This document shows positions 30,920 through 45,833 of a stretch of 64,000 nt of DNA, piece by piece. The stretch is taken from the NCBI RefSeq assembly GCF_006345805.1, contig NC_043005.1, positions 21,266,001 through 21,330,000 on the forward strand, given 5' to 3'. The notes under the pieces were generated by a model. That model saw nothing but the letters and a program-made list of their open reading frames with translations, searched no databases and was not told where the DNA came from. Within the stretch, counting starts at the first letter, position 1. Each line of letters starts with the position of its first letter. Source of the stretch: Octopus sinensis (lineage: Eukaryota). Made by a program: the position numbers and the translations under genes.

Positions 30920-33900
30920 ATTTACTTAATTTATTTTGACTTATTTTTTTAAAATTATGTATTTCTACATTTTTATCCCTTTTATTGTTATTCACTTTAG
31001 TTTATGCTTGTATTCTTCTTTCAGTATAGTCTTGTCCTTTCTCCCTTTTCCTTGACATTTTCTCTTTCTAGTTTTGTCTTCCATTTGTTCGCTATCTACT
31101 TTTCTCGTAACACACATAGAAAAAGTCTCCTCATCCTCACAACCTCAGACGTCTGATCTCCATAACATAATGCAATAAAGGTTTTTACTTATAATCCATT
31201 ATAGTTAAGCATCAAATTGCAACCACAACAGTGAAACATATGAGAACAGATGATACAAATTTGTGCACTTCATAATTCCTTCAACATTTGTTGTGTGTAT
31301 CACAAACAGTAACACCACAAGTTAAAGCAGTAACTAATCAATTATAATCTAAGTAGATGGGATGTTCATCATTTATGTGATGCTTTAAATTCAAGAGTAG
31401 CAGTCATTCATCTAACTATACACACAAGATAGTATGTGTGTGTGCACATGCACGCAGGTGTGAAAATGTCTTCAGTTTGTTCACTCAATATCTTTTATGC
31501 TAAATTTATCACTATCTCCTCATTCTCCCTCTCTTTCTAACATATTCTCAAAATTGATATCAATTTCTCTTATCACTTCTAGTTTACACAGAAACTGACT
31601 GTGGACAGCCAAAAGACATTGCTAGAGCATCAAAATCTTACAACACCACTACCTTTCATTCTGAAGTGACTTATTCTTGTCCAGGAGGACATAAATTAAA
31701 AGCTATATGTAAAGAAGGCAATAGATGGCTTCCAGTAATGACTTCTTGTAAAGGTAAAAGGTTCTCACTTTTTCCTCTGTCTAGATAATTTTGTTTTATT
31801 TTTGTGTTAAGTTTCTTTATCAGTGAAAGACTGGCTATACCCATGTCAGTTTTCATGGTCTTTGTGGTTGGTTGGAGGGAGAGAAGAATTTACATAACCT
31901 CAGACCAGAAAACTTTGCAAATGCTTGCAACAGAGTAGATTTCATTAAATCTATTCAAAGGCAAGGTAATGATATCAAATTTAGTTGATGCATTAAGTTT
32001 TCCACTAAAAACAGGAAGCAATTAGAGCATGTTCTTTCCAGACGGTTTCCATCCATTAAATTTCATCCACAAGTACAAGTTGTCCTTATATTTTCGAACA
32101 AGGGAATCGATTCCCTTGTTTGAAAATATAAGGACACAGATCATGTCATATAGCCAAATGGAGACGATGTCTCCTGGAGCTAAATTACAGCAACACTTAT
32201 CCTAAATCAGGACTGCCATATTATATTGGCAAACAATCTTTACACCAAAGTACTGTCATTGAATATCTCTCGCTGTGAGATTTACTGTGGTTACTGTGCA
32301 AGTTGTGAAATTTGTGTTTTTGTGATCACATGTTTGAAAGGCCTGCGATTTTGTCATGGACAGGAACAAAGAGCCAACGTGAAATTTTGCGTTAAACTTG
32401 GAATGTATGTTATAGAGACATTGAGCATGCTTTGGAAGGCCTACAGCGATGAGGCAATAGGTCATACTCAATGTTTTGAGGGGCATGTGTGCTTCAAAAA
32501 TGGAAGAATGTTCCTAGAAGACAATGAATGATCCTAGATGATCTGTCACGAGTGTCACCCTCGGAAATGTGGTATTGTGCATCAAGAATTCATCCCCCAA
32601 GGGCAGATTGTCAATTGAGGGTCCTACCACGATGTTTTGAAATGTTTGAGGGAGGACATTCAGCAAAAGCAACCGGATTTGTATAGTATGAAGAATTGGA
32701 TTCTTCACCAAACTCTTCTCAATCATGAGTTTCTTGCCAAAAATAACATGGTACTGCTTCCACACCCACCCTATTCTCCAAATTTAGCACTTGCAGACTT
32801 CCACCTCTTCCTCAAGATGAAAATGAAGCTCAAAAGTCACTATTTTAACACTGTTGTCAAGATCAAGAGTGAATCACAGAAGATCTTCTACCTGCTTACA
32901 GAAAATGACTTCCAGGTGAGATTCCAAGAGTGAGAGGAATGCTGGGACTGAGGTATTACTGCACAAGGTGACTATTTATAAGTAGATGATGTTAAAACTT
33001 AGGTAAATTATTTATTTTTTATTAAACATAACTAATCTGGGAACCTTTTGATACCACCTCATATTCCATTATTTGACTGTTAGTTTGAGTTATTGACCCC
33101 CCACAAGATTAACAGGAAAAGTTTTCATTAGTTAGACTTGTGAAGCATTTCTTCCAAAGCTGTAACTAGTATACATTTATTAATTTAAAGCAAAGATGAG
33201 AATGATCAGGCAATTTTTTGACTGTTGAGGGATCTCTATTTAGGACATTTGAAGAACTCCATCATTGCTCTGTATTCCAAGGACAAGAGTCCTATCAAAT
33301 TATTGTTCTTTGATGTACAGGTTTATGCACCCTGGGACCCAACAACTTTCACTATTTTTGCCCCCCTCACACCATTTAGAACATTTTCCTTGTGGAGAGT
33401 ATCTTCCTCTCCATCCTCATCTTTATAAATGAAACTTTAAAAATGTCTTGTGCTATTTGCTCTGGCTCTTTAATATCTGATTTCAAATCTTGCTAATATT
33501 AACATTGCTCTTCCTGAGCCAACAAAGTGGAAAACCAATCAAGTGTAGAGACCAATTTAATTGACCAATTCAGACCTCAAATTTTTGTTCTTTTGTCTCT
33601 GTTAGAAATTATTTCTTTTATTGTTGCCGTTGTTTTCATTGGTGTAAATTTTATTTTAATTCCAGTTGCTGAGAACCATTTTGTGAAAATAGTAAGTGCA
33701 GCTCTAGATATATCTGGGAAAATATTGTGGAAAAAGGAAAGAGTAACAGCAGAAGCCTGTGCAGAAAAATGTGTGTCTGATGAAACTTGTATATCATTTG
33801 AAATAATGAAAAAAACTGAGCAATGTTACTTATCAAAGGAAAGTGCAGCTACCTCTAAGGAAATAAAAGCAGACAATAGCAGAAACTACTATCAACAAGT

Positions 33901-36900
33901 AAAACGTAATTATTTTTTGTTCTTTATTATTGGAATTTTCTTTTCTTTTTTTTTTCTTGGAATTTGTTATTCCATTTGTAATCCATAGTATGTAGACAAC
34001 CATTTCTGTAAAGACATTGACAGGTTTACCTATAATGAAAGGCATAGAGACATTCTAAAAAAAAAACAGTATTAAGAATTATAAATACTGAGCAGCAACA
34101 GGAGTAACAGTAGTAGCATCAGTAGTGGTGGTGGTAGAAGAAGAAGATGAAGAAATGATGCCAAATTTTGACACATACATAGCAGTTCTAAGGGGAGTGG
34201 TAATTCATACCACTTACCACAATTCATGATTAGTATTATATAGTATCTGCACCAGAAGGATGAAAGACAGTTTTTTTTCCTGACGGAGTTTGAACTTGGA
34301 GTGTAATAAGACAGAAGACATAAGCAAGGTAGCATGTCTTTTGCACAGTATTTCACCTTTGTTGCATTCCTCTATAATCTGACATGTAAAATAACAGAAT
34401 AAAGTAATGCTAATTTATTTAGTCATGTATCTCCTATATTTTGGTATGGTTATTATGGATGGATGCCTTTCCTGTAACCAGCCATTATACCCACATAAAA
34501 AGAGTTCCTTTTTCCATGCTACTAGAATTCGAGAAAATAGGAATATTTCCATAGTATCAAATAGAAAACAGCCAGCAAATTCACTGGAATTGATCACAAG
34601 GGTTTTGTCTTTGCTACCAAGACCCTTTCTTCTTGATATGCTGTGCTCAGGGCAAACATTAGATTTAGTGACTTCAATGGTTGAATACTCATGAATGCCT
34701 GCATGCCATTTCTATCATGATGAATCTTTCTTGTCAAAAATAAATGAGAGTCATTTCTTTGTATATCTATGAGACAACTCTAATGGGCCAAAATTGCCAA
34801 CCTCACTACAATTTGTATTCAGTGTACAATCAAGAATTTCAGACACATTCATGGCTCAGGTTTATACAAAGATAATTGCCTATTTCAAGTAATATGAACA
34901 ACCCCTTATCCAAAATTTCAGGCCTAGTGGCTATTGTAGAAACTATCACCACCACCACCATCATCATCATAATTATTATTATTCAACATTGGATAGTTTC
35001 AGGCAAATTTCCACTGCATTATTTGCTACACCTCAGTGTTGCTGAGGTGTGTGCTGCATTGTGTAGTCTTGTTTTCTTTCTGCTGTTGGAGAAGAACAAA
35101 CTCTTCCAAGTATTGTATTGCATCTATTTGTTTTGTCATGTGGTTTGGCTTTAGTCTTTTGTTGTATTAGTGTTTGTATTGTGTGTTGTGTGTATAATGT
35201 GAGTTGTGTCCTTCTCTTGGGTATCCGACTTATAGAGTACATGTTGCAGTGGTTGTTTATTTTATTGGATATTTACTGTGTAGAATGAATCTTGTGTTTC
35301 TGGATTGTTTATTCAGGTCATACTATTGAATTGATAATGTTTTACATAAGATGTGGGCTTCTCCCAGCAGAGATATTTTTTGGAGTGTGTAATGTTGAGG
35401 GTCTGGTATAGCTTCTATATTTTTGTTCATACACATTTTCGTCATATCCTACGCACCACTTATTACTGGTATTGTTTTCACCTTTATGCCCCACATCTTG
35501 AGTGTTTCAAGATCTTTGTACTTTGACAATATCTCCACTTCTTTTTGGTCAGAAGGGACTGCAGTGTTTATCAGTAAGCTGGTGTTTGTTTTCTTTTCCA
35601 ATCATTAATTATTATATCTGGCTGGTTATCTTTGATTTCTTTGTCATGTACATTGTTTGACACATGTTTATACCATTTTTCGTGTAGCGTTGGCATATTG
35701 ACCAGTGGATATAATTACTTACTCTGTCATGCCTGTATATCTGTTCAAATTTGGCAAGGACTGGACAGCTAGAGATGATGTGGTCAATTGTCTCATTGTT
35801 CAGGTTGCACTGTCCGTATTTGATGTTCAGGCCTGTTTTCACTATTTTGTTTTTATAGTTTTTTTGTGGTCAGAGATTGGTTTTGTACAGCAACAATCAG
35901 TCCTTCCATTTCTGTTTTTAATCCAAAGTCTTGTTTGTTGGCTTTTACCTAGGCTCACTTCTCTGTCAAACCTTGCAAGGTATTGGCCATAGAGTGATTT
36001 TTCCCTCCATTTCTTCTTTACTGTGTTTTGTAGTTTTGTTTTTATGCTGTTTTTTGTCTCTTTGACCATTTCTGTTGTGTTGTCTTCTGAGATCAGAGTA
36101 TCAGTGTAGTTTGTTTCTGTTTCATATTTTGTCACTTCCTTGTGTATAAAGAAGTGTTTCTTTCTTTTTTTTTTGTATGTGTTGCTTTATTACATAGAAG
36201 TAGTCTTCCACTTTCTGTTTCTAAGTATTTTTCTAGTCCAACTGTTGTTATTTTATAGTAGTTCTCCTTCTGTGTCAGGCCATGACCTTCTTTCTGAGCA
36301 GGGTAGATATATTCTGTCTCGGTTTTGGGGCAGTAAATTTGGTATTATGTTAATAGGTTCCTGTTCTTCTTTGCATCTAAGTTTCTCATTTCATTAATCT
36401 TCCAGTTTATTATGTTGAAGCTATAATCTATGACAAGAATAGGTAGTGTGTTTATCCCTGTTATCTTATTTTTTAGCAAAGTTCAGTATTTGATATTAGT
36501 CTAACTCTTCAGTAATTTTCTCTCCTAATTTTCTCTTTCAATTTTGTGTGTTGTATTTTCGCTATTTTGTCTATTTCTAGATATTTGTATGGGCAATTGT
36601 GATCTAATTCTCTGATTTTTGTGTCTATTTTGAGTGCAGTGTTTTCAGTGTTGATTAATTTGCCTCTTCTTTATGTCACTTTAACATGTCCAATTCCATG
36701 TTCACCCTTATGTTCTTGCTGAAACTGTGGACAATTTTTAGAAGATTTTTCTGTTCCATGGTATTCTTAGTGAAACCTTTTAAGCCATCAATATATAGGA
36801 GATGATTTATTATTTGTCCATAGCATCTATAACCCTTGGTGGTTTCATTTAACAAGTTTCTTAGTAGGTTTCGAGCAAGGCAGAAAAACAACAGGGACAA

Positions 36901-38017
36901 CAAATCTCCTTGGAAAATTCATTTTCTTATGGGTATAGGGCAGGATTTAATGACATGTGATTCATTTTCCAGTGTTATGCTGGTTTTCCAGTTTGCCATT
37001 GCATAGCTGATACATTTTAGTAGTATTGGATCTAATTTATTTGTGTGGAGAGACTCAAGAATCTGTGAGTGTGAAACACTGTTGAATGCCCTCTGGTAAT
37101 CACCCAAGTCATGTTTAGGTTTATTTTTCTCTTTTTACATTCCCCTGTAATGGTTTGATTCACTAGAAGCCACTCTTTACAACCATACATCCCTTTCCAG
37201 CATCCTTTTGCTCTTCTGGTAAAACGTTATTTTCCTGGTGTGTTACAAGCTAGTTTTAGATCATTCATGTGGGGGATTTACAGGTTGTTGGTAGGCATGT
37301 TATTTTCCTTTGAATTTTTGGTTTATAGTATTTTTGTTTTTTGGTATTAGAGTACTTTGTCCTTCCAGCATCCAGTTTGGTGTTGATTTTGGCTTGCTTA
37401 TTATCAAATTAAATGTTACTGTTACCATCATTTTTATTGTCTTCTTCCAAACCATCTGTATGTTTCTCATCGAGCAAGCTATCACTGTTCCATTCCTGTG
37501 GTTTATTAGAGATTTCACCTCTGTTTTCTGCTATGAGATTGCTTTTATCAGTAGGAATTGTATTTTCGTCATTTCTGCTGCTGTTTTCCAATACCCATCT
37601 TTTGATAGCTTCGAGCTCTACTTCTGTGAACTAACGATTTTTTCTTATTGCTCTAGCTTGATCACATAATCTCTGTTCCATGAGTTGAAACAATCCTCTT
37701 TTTCTCCCTTGATCATACCCTAAGATGAACATCATTTTCCTCTACAGTGTTGCTCAGGTAGTAACACTCCATGACCACAGCCCTGACTCATTTGTTCCAT
37801 CTACACCATGTGTGCTGGTCCCTTACTGGATAATGACAGGCTGGAGTCAGACCAGTATCTCTTTGCCTACCGGGTGCAATACTGTCACCATCAAGGGCTT
37901 CAGTTTCATTACCACTGTTATTCACAATATTTTATTTTTTTCATTGTCACACATATGAGGTAGCAATTATCAGGTTGCTCTATTACCCATGTTTTTGTTG
38001 TGACACCATCACTAGAT

Positions 38018-38073
<56 letters not shown>

Positions 38074-41000
38074 TCCATTTATTATTAAAAGGTATTATTA
38101 AATGTTGTTTAGTTTCAACTTTTGTCTTGTATTTGAGATAATCATAAATATGTGAGGGTTTAAGGGAATGGCAGGAGCAAGAGAAACAGCTTAGTGAATT
38201 CTGCAGGTCAGTAAATAGATTTGGCAGATGGTGAAGAGATCAGCAATAGGCATTCCTGTGCCATAAGGAATCAAAGAGGCCTTACACCCTTGGGGTCAGC
38301 AGAGGTCAAATGTGTTTACTACTACTAGCAATAAATGAGAGCACTGATCTTGGCCTTGGAAAGAACCAATTCTCCTTGTTCTATTTACTGATGGAAAAAA
38401 TAATTATAATTATATATATATATATACTAAATTTCTGAATTATTTTCATTCAAAATTTATCTTTTCTGTTTGGCTGTGGTTTACAGTTTTTGTAATTGTG
38501 CAGTTTGTATATATTGGCAGGTGCTTACCTCTTTAATTTTTTTTTTCATCATGCATTTAATTGTGTTGTTGCAATAAAAGGCATGTTTACATATTTGGGT
38601 AGTCAAGGAGAAAAGAAAGATGAAATTTTCACACAAAATTGTAGATATTAAAACTTTTAGATTTTCTCGAGATGTTCGTTTGTATGTCTGATCAGGGAAG
38701 ACTGTAGTGTTTTTGCAATAAAAAGGTTGTTCCCATTTTTGAATACTCAAGGAGAAAGGAAAGAAAAGGAGGGTAAAATTTTCACAGAAAATTGTAGATA
38801 ATAAAGCTTAAAGATTGTTGTTATTGTTGTTGTTGTTGTCGTTGTTGCTGTTGTTGTTGTTGCTGCTGCTGCTGCACCTGCTGTTGTTGTTGTTTTGGTT
38901 TCGTCCAGGTTTAGTCATATTCCTGATACAAATTATGTGGATAGCTAGTTACTACTACCTGTAAATTAAGTGTCCACAAGTTTTCAGCAGTCTTTGAAGT
39001 GCTTAGAACTTTACTGATAATCTTTGCTGTCCTTAACAGACAAATTTTCTGTAGGAGCTCTATCAGGCATTCTATTTCAATCTCATTCAGCCATTTATAT
39101 CTTTACTTACTGTTCCCAATGCACCAATTATTAGGGACACAACCTTTATTGTTCGCATGCCCCAATTTCTTTCTATTTCAAGTTTTAAGGGATTGTACTT
39201 CTTTTGTTTTTCTTCCTCTTTCTGTATGATCCTGGAATCAAATGGGCATGATAGTTCGATAAGTAAGCAACTTCGTTTTTCCTTATTTATAATCGTTATG
39301 TCTGGTCTATTATTTTCTAATTTCTTGTCCATTTGAATAGGAAAAGCCCACAAAATCTTACATTTCTCTGACTCCAGTACTCTTTTAACTCGATGATTGT
39401 ACCATGTATTTCCAGTTTCAAATCCCTATTTCTGGTACAGTTTCCAGTGTATAATTTTTACAATTCGGTCGTGCCTCCATTTGTTATATTTTTCCTGTGC
39501 CAACTTGAGACATTCTACCACAATGTGTGCCACTGTCTCATTCCAAGTTCCACAGGCTCTACATTTTTCTGAAACATGCTCTCCATATATATTTTTTCTC
39601 AAGTTGGTTGTTTTTATTGTTTGATCTTAGGCTGTTACAATTAAGCTCTCTGTTTCTTTTTTATTGACCCTTTCTTAACCAAGCCCAGGATTTTGTTTCA
39701 CATACATCTTCAGTGGCTCTCCAGAATTGGCCATGCAGAGGTTTCTCTTTGATCTGTCTGATGTGCTCTCTTTGTATTTTATTCTTATCCTTTTCTTCTA
39801 TTACACACTTCATCACCTGTTCTTTATGAACTGTCTTTAGTAGTTTTTCTGTTTCAAATGAGTCTCAAGATTTTCTACACTCACATGAATTCTGACTAAG
39901 CTGCCATTTTGTGGATCAATTTTTTGTACTACATAGATACTATATAATATTTAATGTGTATTTTAGTATAAAATGTATTTCTTGTTTCCCTTCTTTCTTT
40001 CTAGCTGATGAGGACATTTTTACATTTAAAAATGCTATCTTAGATGTGCAGGATGTTTTTGAACCACTGAAAAATCTGAGCTTGAAGGAGTGTAAAGGAG
40101 CTTGCCTTCAGACTCCAGGATGTAGCTCTTATAAGTATAATGAAATGGCAAAGACCTGTCATGGAAATAATGCATCTCACTTGACTCATAACGTGAAACT
40201 AAACAAAAAGGGTTGGGATACTTACATCATTAACCCAGGTCAGTAGGGAGTTTTCATTTTATTTATTGTGCATGCATTTACATGTGTCTTTTTGTGTGTC
40301 TTTGCATTTACATACATGTGTGTGTGTGTGTCAATATATATATATATGTATATGATGGCCATCTACTCGTGACCAAGGACCTTTAGGAACATTGTACGCT
40401 CTAGGACTAACTTATATTTTGCATTTGTGGCTCCATTGGTGGCTAATGAGCCATGCTCTTGACAAGCATACATGACTGCAAACATTGCAAACCAAGCTTT
40501 CTCCATTCACTACACTAGCAGTGCACTTTCAAGCAGCACGCTTAAATTTTTCATGCAGAATACATGCTCTCTCAAAGGTATCAACTCCTTCCTTAACCTG
40601 CATCCTCCATCTGTGGTGATGACAGGCATTGCTCTCCCAGTCAGTCTCCTGTATATCACAGGCCTTTAATGAGGACTTAGCACAGTCCTTAAATTGCAGC
40701 CTTCATTTCTGGCAGGGTTTCTTTCCACTAACATGTTCCTCACATAACAAGTGTTTAGAGATCCTGCTCTCCTTCATTCTAATAATGTGTCTAGTCCAAC
40801 ATAACTGGTGCTTGTGCACCATTGTCTCAATACTCAAGATATAAGCTGTCCTCAGAACATGTGTGTCTGGAATTTTTAAGGTTCAGCCAACATTCAGAAA
40901 GTGTTTCAGATATCTCTGATGAAAGCATTCAAGGACCCTTACATGACATTTATAAGGAAGAAAAGAGCTCATCGGTTCTGTATCAACATGCCGAGCAGGA

Positions 41001-41383
41001 ACACAGGGGCTCAATCAACAACATAGAAGTTAAAATCTTGTCCACACATAGAACAGATGCAACAATCAGACAAATTACGGAAGCTACACACATAATAGAA
41101 GATAAACTTAGCCTGAATAGGAAACTGGAATGGAACACTAGCACACACCACAACATATGACAGAAGAGGATCCCCATAAACTGGTTACAATATAAACAAA
41201 ACAGAAAGCATAATAAAATAAAATACACAGATGAATAAACAAATGGAAGTAAATAACTATATACATTTTTTTATTATATTTAAAAAAAATTTTATCTTTA
41301 TTTTTGTTTTTATTATTATTATTACTATCATTATTGTTATACATACATACATAATAATAATAATAATGATGATAACGATAATA

Positions 41384-41432
<49 letters not shown>

Positions 41433-43816
41433 TAATAATAATAATAAGTATGTGTAAACACATGAATAAAATAAAAATAAACAAAAACAAATTACACGAA
41501 CGTATATAAACAGGAGATACAAATATTACAGGCACTTCCCCCCACACACACACACTAACTAAACATAGACACACATAGAGATATACGCATGTGCAAATGA
41601 AGACACATACAATAGAAATACAAAATGGCTGACGGTTAATAAAGAGAGACACACAAATAAGAAAGAAGAAAGCAAAGGACCACTGATGCGGTCACAGGAG
41701 TGTGACGAAAGAACTCTGGCCAAAATAAGATTAAGATTAATGTAAAAAATAAATAACGCTGAAGCAAAGTAACACCAAATATATAGTGCGTGTGTTTTTA
41801 TTGGCTAAACTACCAAAATGACCATTCCTAAATACAACAATATTTTTATATATATATCTATATATATAAAACTCAACTTGTGTGTATCTGTGTGTGTGTC
41901 TGTGTGTTTAACTTCCCGGCACATCTTCTCCTAGCCAACAAATCGTAGAACCACCAAAAATGGGTCACTTAAAGTTTGGGCAAACAAATTCATCTCGCAA
42001 GTACAAAAATCGATAATGTGTTGTTTAGGCCTTATCCCATACATTGAATAGTGAACTTTACTCAGTCAGCTGTTTGATGTGAACTGTGTTCACCACGTGT
42101 GCAAGCATGCGTAAATTGCATGAAAAATAAAAAATCAAGATATAAAAATGAATCGCCATAAACATTGTAGAAATTCAGCAAAGAAATGAATTTTCGGGAT
42201 GTAGCCTGGAGGGTTTTTTCGTATTAATCATTTGGACTTTGTGAACACATACCAATTGTTTTCATAACATTTTTAACGCTTTGAATTAAATGTGACCATT
42301 TTGCATTGAGTCTGCAGTTTGAATCACTTTAACCAAATTTTAGCAGGCCGGACTTTTGATCATCACAATACATCACCAGCGACTCCCTGAAACTCTCCTC
42401 TGAAATCCCCGTTGAGAAATACTGATCTAAAAGAATAATTCAACAATGCAATTATTTGATCAACAAAAATTTATGAAACGCTTCTACGTACTTCCTATTG
42501 AGGAAATGGAACACATAAGCGCAAAAAAGAAGGCATTAAATGCTTGATTTTAAAACCAAAATAATTTAATTTTGATTGAACTTCATCCAAGTTTAGCTTA
42601 ATTCGCGTGTGCATAGAACGCACGAGCTGGGCAATACTGCTAGTATATATATATATATATATACGAAAAAGAAGCACACTCTAAAGCATTGAGCAGTAAT
42701 GTATTAAAAGTAATTGAGTCTATGTCTGGTCATAGACTCTATGACGAGACATATACTCAATTACTTTCAATATATGTATGTATATAGCATGCATACATGT
42801 ATGTACCCACATAAGCTGATAAAAAAAGCAAAACTAATTGACAAATTGTTTAAACATTTCCATTGTGGTTACAAGATTTTCATAATACACTCAGATTTAC
42901 ATCAACTTCATTGTACTATTGTCATTGTTTTAAAGTTCACTTTTCCATGCTCATATGCATGAGACATTGGATTTTCAGAAGCTGAATGCCCTTTCTGTCA
43001 GTAACCCTCAGCTGTTTTCATGTCAGGTAATATTTTCCCATGACCAGATAGGTTTTCACAGAATATTACTAATGAAGATTTGATATTGTTAGCTTAAAAT
43101 TGAGACTGAGAAACCATTATAGGTAGGACTTTAGTCCACACAGGTGGCAGAAACTCTGTCTATGTATATGGGATAGCCTGGTCTAGGATAGCATAACTGA
43201 ATTGTCAGTGCCAATTGTTTGAAGTTCATTACCACACTGCCTGTTGATAAATGCAATGGATTGGTGGAGTATGTATAGTTTCTCACTGAGGCAGAACTGG
43301 TAATGAAGATTCAAGCTGAGCAGGGAAGGTCACTGAAAAGAGACTCCATTTGTTGTTGGGGAAATTCTTCTGATTGTTAAGTGTCTCCAGATGAATGCAC
43401 TAAGGAAGTGTGTACCTTCTATAGCTCAGTGTGTATAAGGACAATGATCGAGCAATTCAAGTTGTATGAATGGATATGCCATTGGAGTGTTTAGGAAGGC
43501 TCTAATAAAGATTTTCAAAGAATTCAGCATACCTATAACATTCCCCATTGATTTAACAAATGCTGACCTCCTGGACATAATCCTAGACTTGAAGATGGGC
43601 AAACACTACTCTTATGGAAACCTAATGAGGAAACTATGTTTATCTATAGAAACTCCAAGCACTTCTACTTGTAATTAAAAACCTAATCACATTTATAAGT
43701 AGAAGAATTTCTAAGCTATTAGTGGATAGAAAGACTTTCACAGGGCTGCTAACAGATAGCTAGATAGATAGACAGATGGATGGATGGGCATCCATCCTTT
43801 CTAGCCATCCAACCAC

Positions 43817-43900
<84 letters not shown>

Positions 43901-43909
43901 ATATATATA

Positions 43910-44001
<92 letters not shown>

Positions 44002-45784
44002 CAGTTAGCTATCTATCAGCAGCCCTGTAAAGGTATTTCTATCCACTAATAGTTTAGAAATTCTTCTTAAGACTAGGTTTTTAATTACAGTTAGTGGTGC
44101 TTGGAGTTTCTTTGGATAAACATAGTTTCCTCATTAGGAACGGACAGACAGATGGATGGATGGACTGACAGGTGCTACGAACACACATACATATATACAT
44201 GCTGGTATCCATCTATCTATCTACATACATTTATACATACATACTTACATACATATATGTATGTATATATGTATTTATATCTGTGTGCATATTACTTCAA
44301 TTTGATTCAGTCAAAAGCTTCTGTTGTATCATTATCAATTTCTGCTCTTTCTCACCCAGCTCCTAATAAATACTTATAATCAATTCTAGTTTTAGCAAAA
44401 ATTAACTGTGGAACTCCAAAAGACGTTGTTGGTGCATCGAAGTTCTACAGTACCACCAAATATAAATCTGAAGTGACCTATATTTGTCCAGGAGATGAAA
44501 AACTAAAGTCAATATGTGGGAAGGACAACAAATGGACTTCAGTAGCTCCTATTTGTGATGGTAACGTAAATAACTTCTCTTTTGTTGCCTCTGTCTGGAT
44601 AATTTTGTTTTATTTTTGTGATAAATGTGTTTGTCAGAGTAACTCTCAGTGACTCCATTAAAATTTACAGAATGTTTGTGGCTAGTAGGAAGGAGTGAAG
44701 GAGCTATCCTCAGACCAGAAACCTTTCCAAGTGCTTGCAACAGAGTGGACTTCCTTAATACTACCCAAGGGCCAGATAATGTTATTAAAGTGGGTGAAGG
44801 ATTAAGTCTTTCACTTAGACAACCGGAAGCATTGAAGTGTGTCCTCTCTAGCAGGATGCTGCATAACTTGCATCCACCAAATTTGATACGGCTTCATTGT
44901 GAAGCAAGTTCTTAACCACACAGACAAAACTCCATTCAGTATCTCATTGTTAAGTAAACTTATTACCTTCACAGCTATACCTCAGCTCATCTTGACAGAT
45001 TTTCGTTTGTTTTGTAACCCAACATTTCTCACTCTGTGCAATATAATTTCCTGAGTCCTTCTTTATTAAAACTCTGCAACAAACCTCTGATGCCCTTGCT
45101 ATCTTCCAATCCACCCCTTAATAATAATAGTAATGATGATGATGGTAATAATAATAATAATAATAGTAATAATAATAATGATAGTGGTATGAGCACACAC
45201 CACAGAGAGAGGCGGAGTTGAAGACTAGCAAAATCCCTTGGGATTTTCCAATCCAAATAAACCATGTGCTAGAGCATAACAGACCAGATCTAGTAGTGGT
45301 CAACAAGGTGCACAGCATGTGTTATATAGTTGATGCTGCATATCTCTTTGGCCCATGAATATTCAAGACGGAGGTGAAAAAATAGATATAGACAACCCTC
45401 TTAAGTATGAAATAGCCTGGCTATTAAAAATGAAGAAGGTGAAGATAGTGCCAATTATTGTTGCATCCTTGGAAACAGTATCAGAAGGCATCAAGAGGAA
45501 TATTAAGGAAACTGAAATAGAGTGCCCAGTAGAACTGTTACAAAAGGTTTGCCTCCTTGGCATGGCCAGAATAATCAGGAAAGTATTAGATAGTTAAAAA
45601 GAACAGATAGCATGGTACCATATGCTGCATGCAGCAAGCCTGCTATGTATGCAAGACTCCAGAAGCTCCAACAAAACTTGTGATAAAAGGAAATAATTGG
45701 CCTGCCAATGTATACAGTGAGTTTCTTTACCCTAGATGTCAGGAATGTACTCAGTATGAAATGGAAATAAAATTGAAAGAAGAA

Positions 45785-45833
<49 letters not shown>

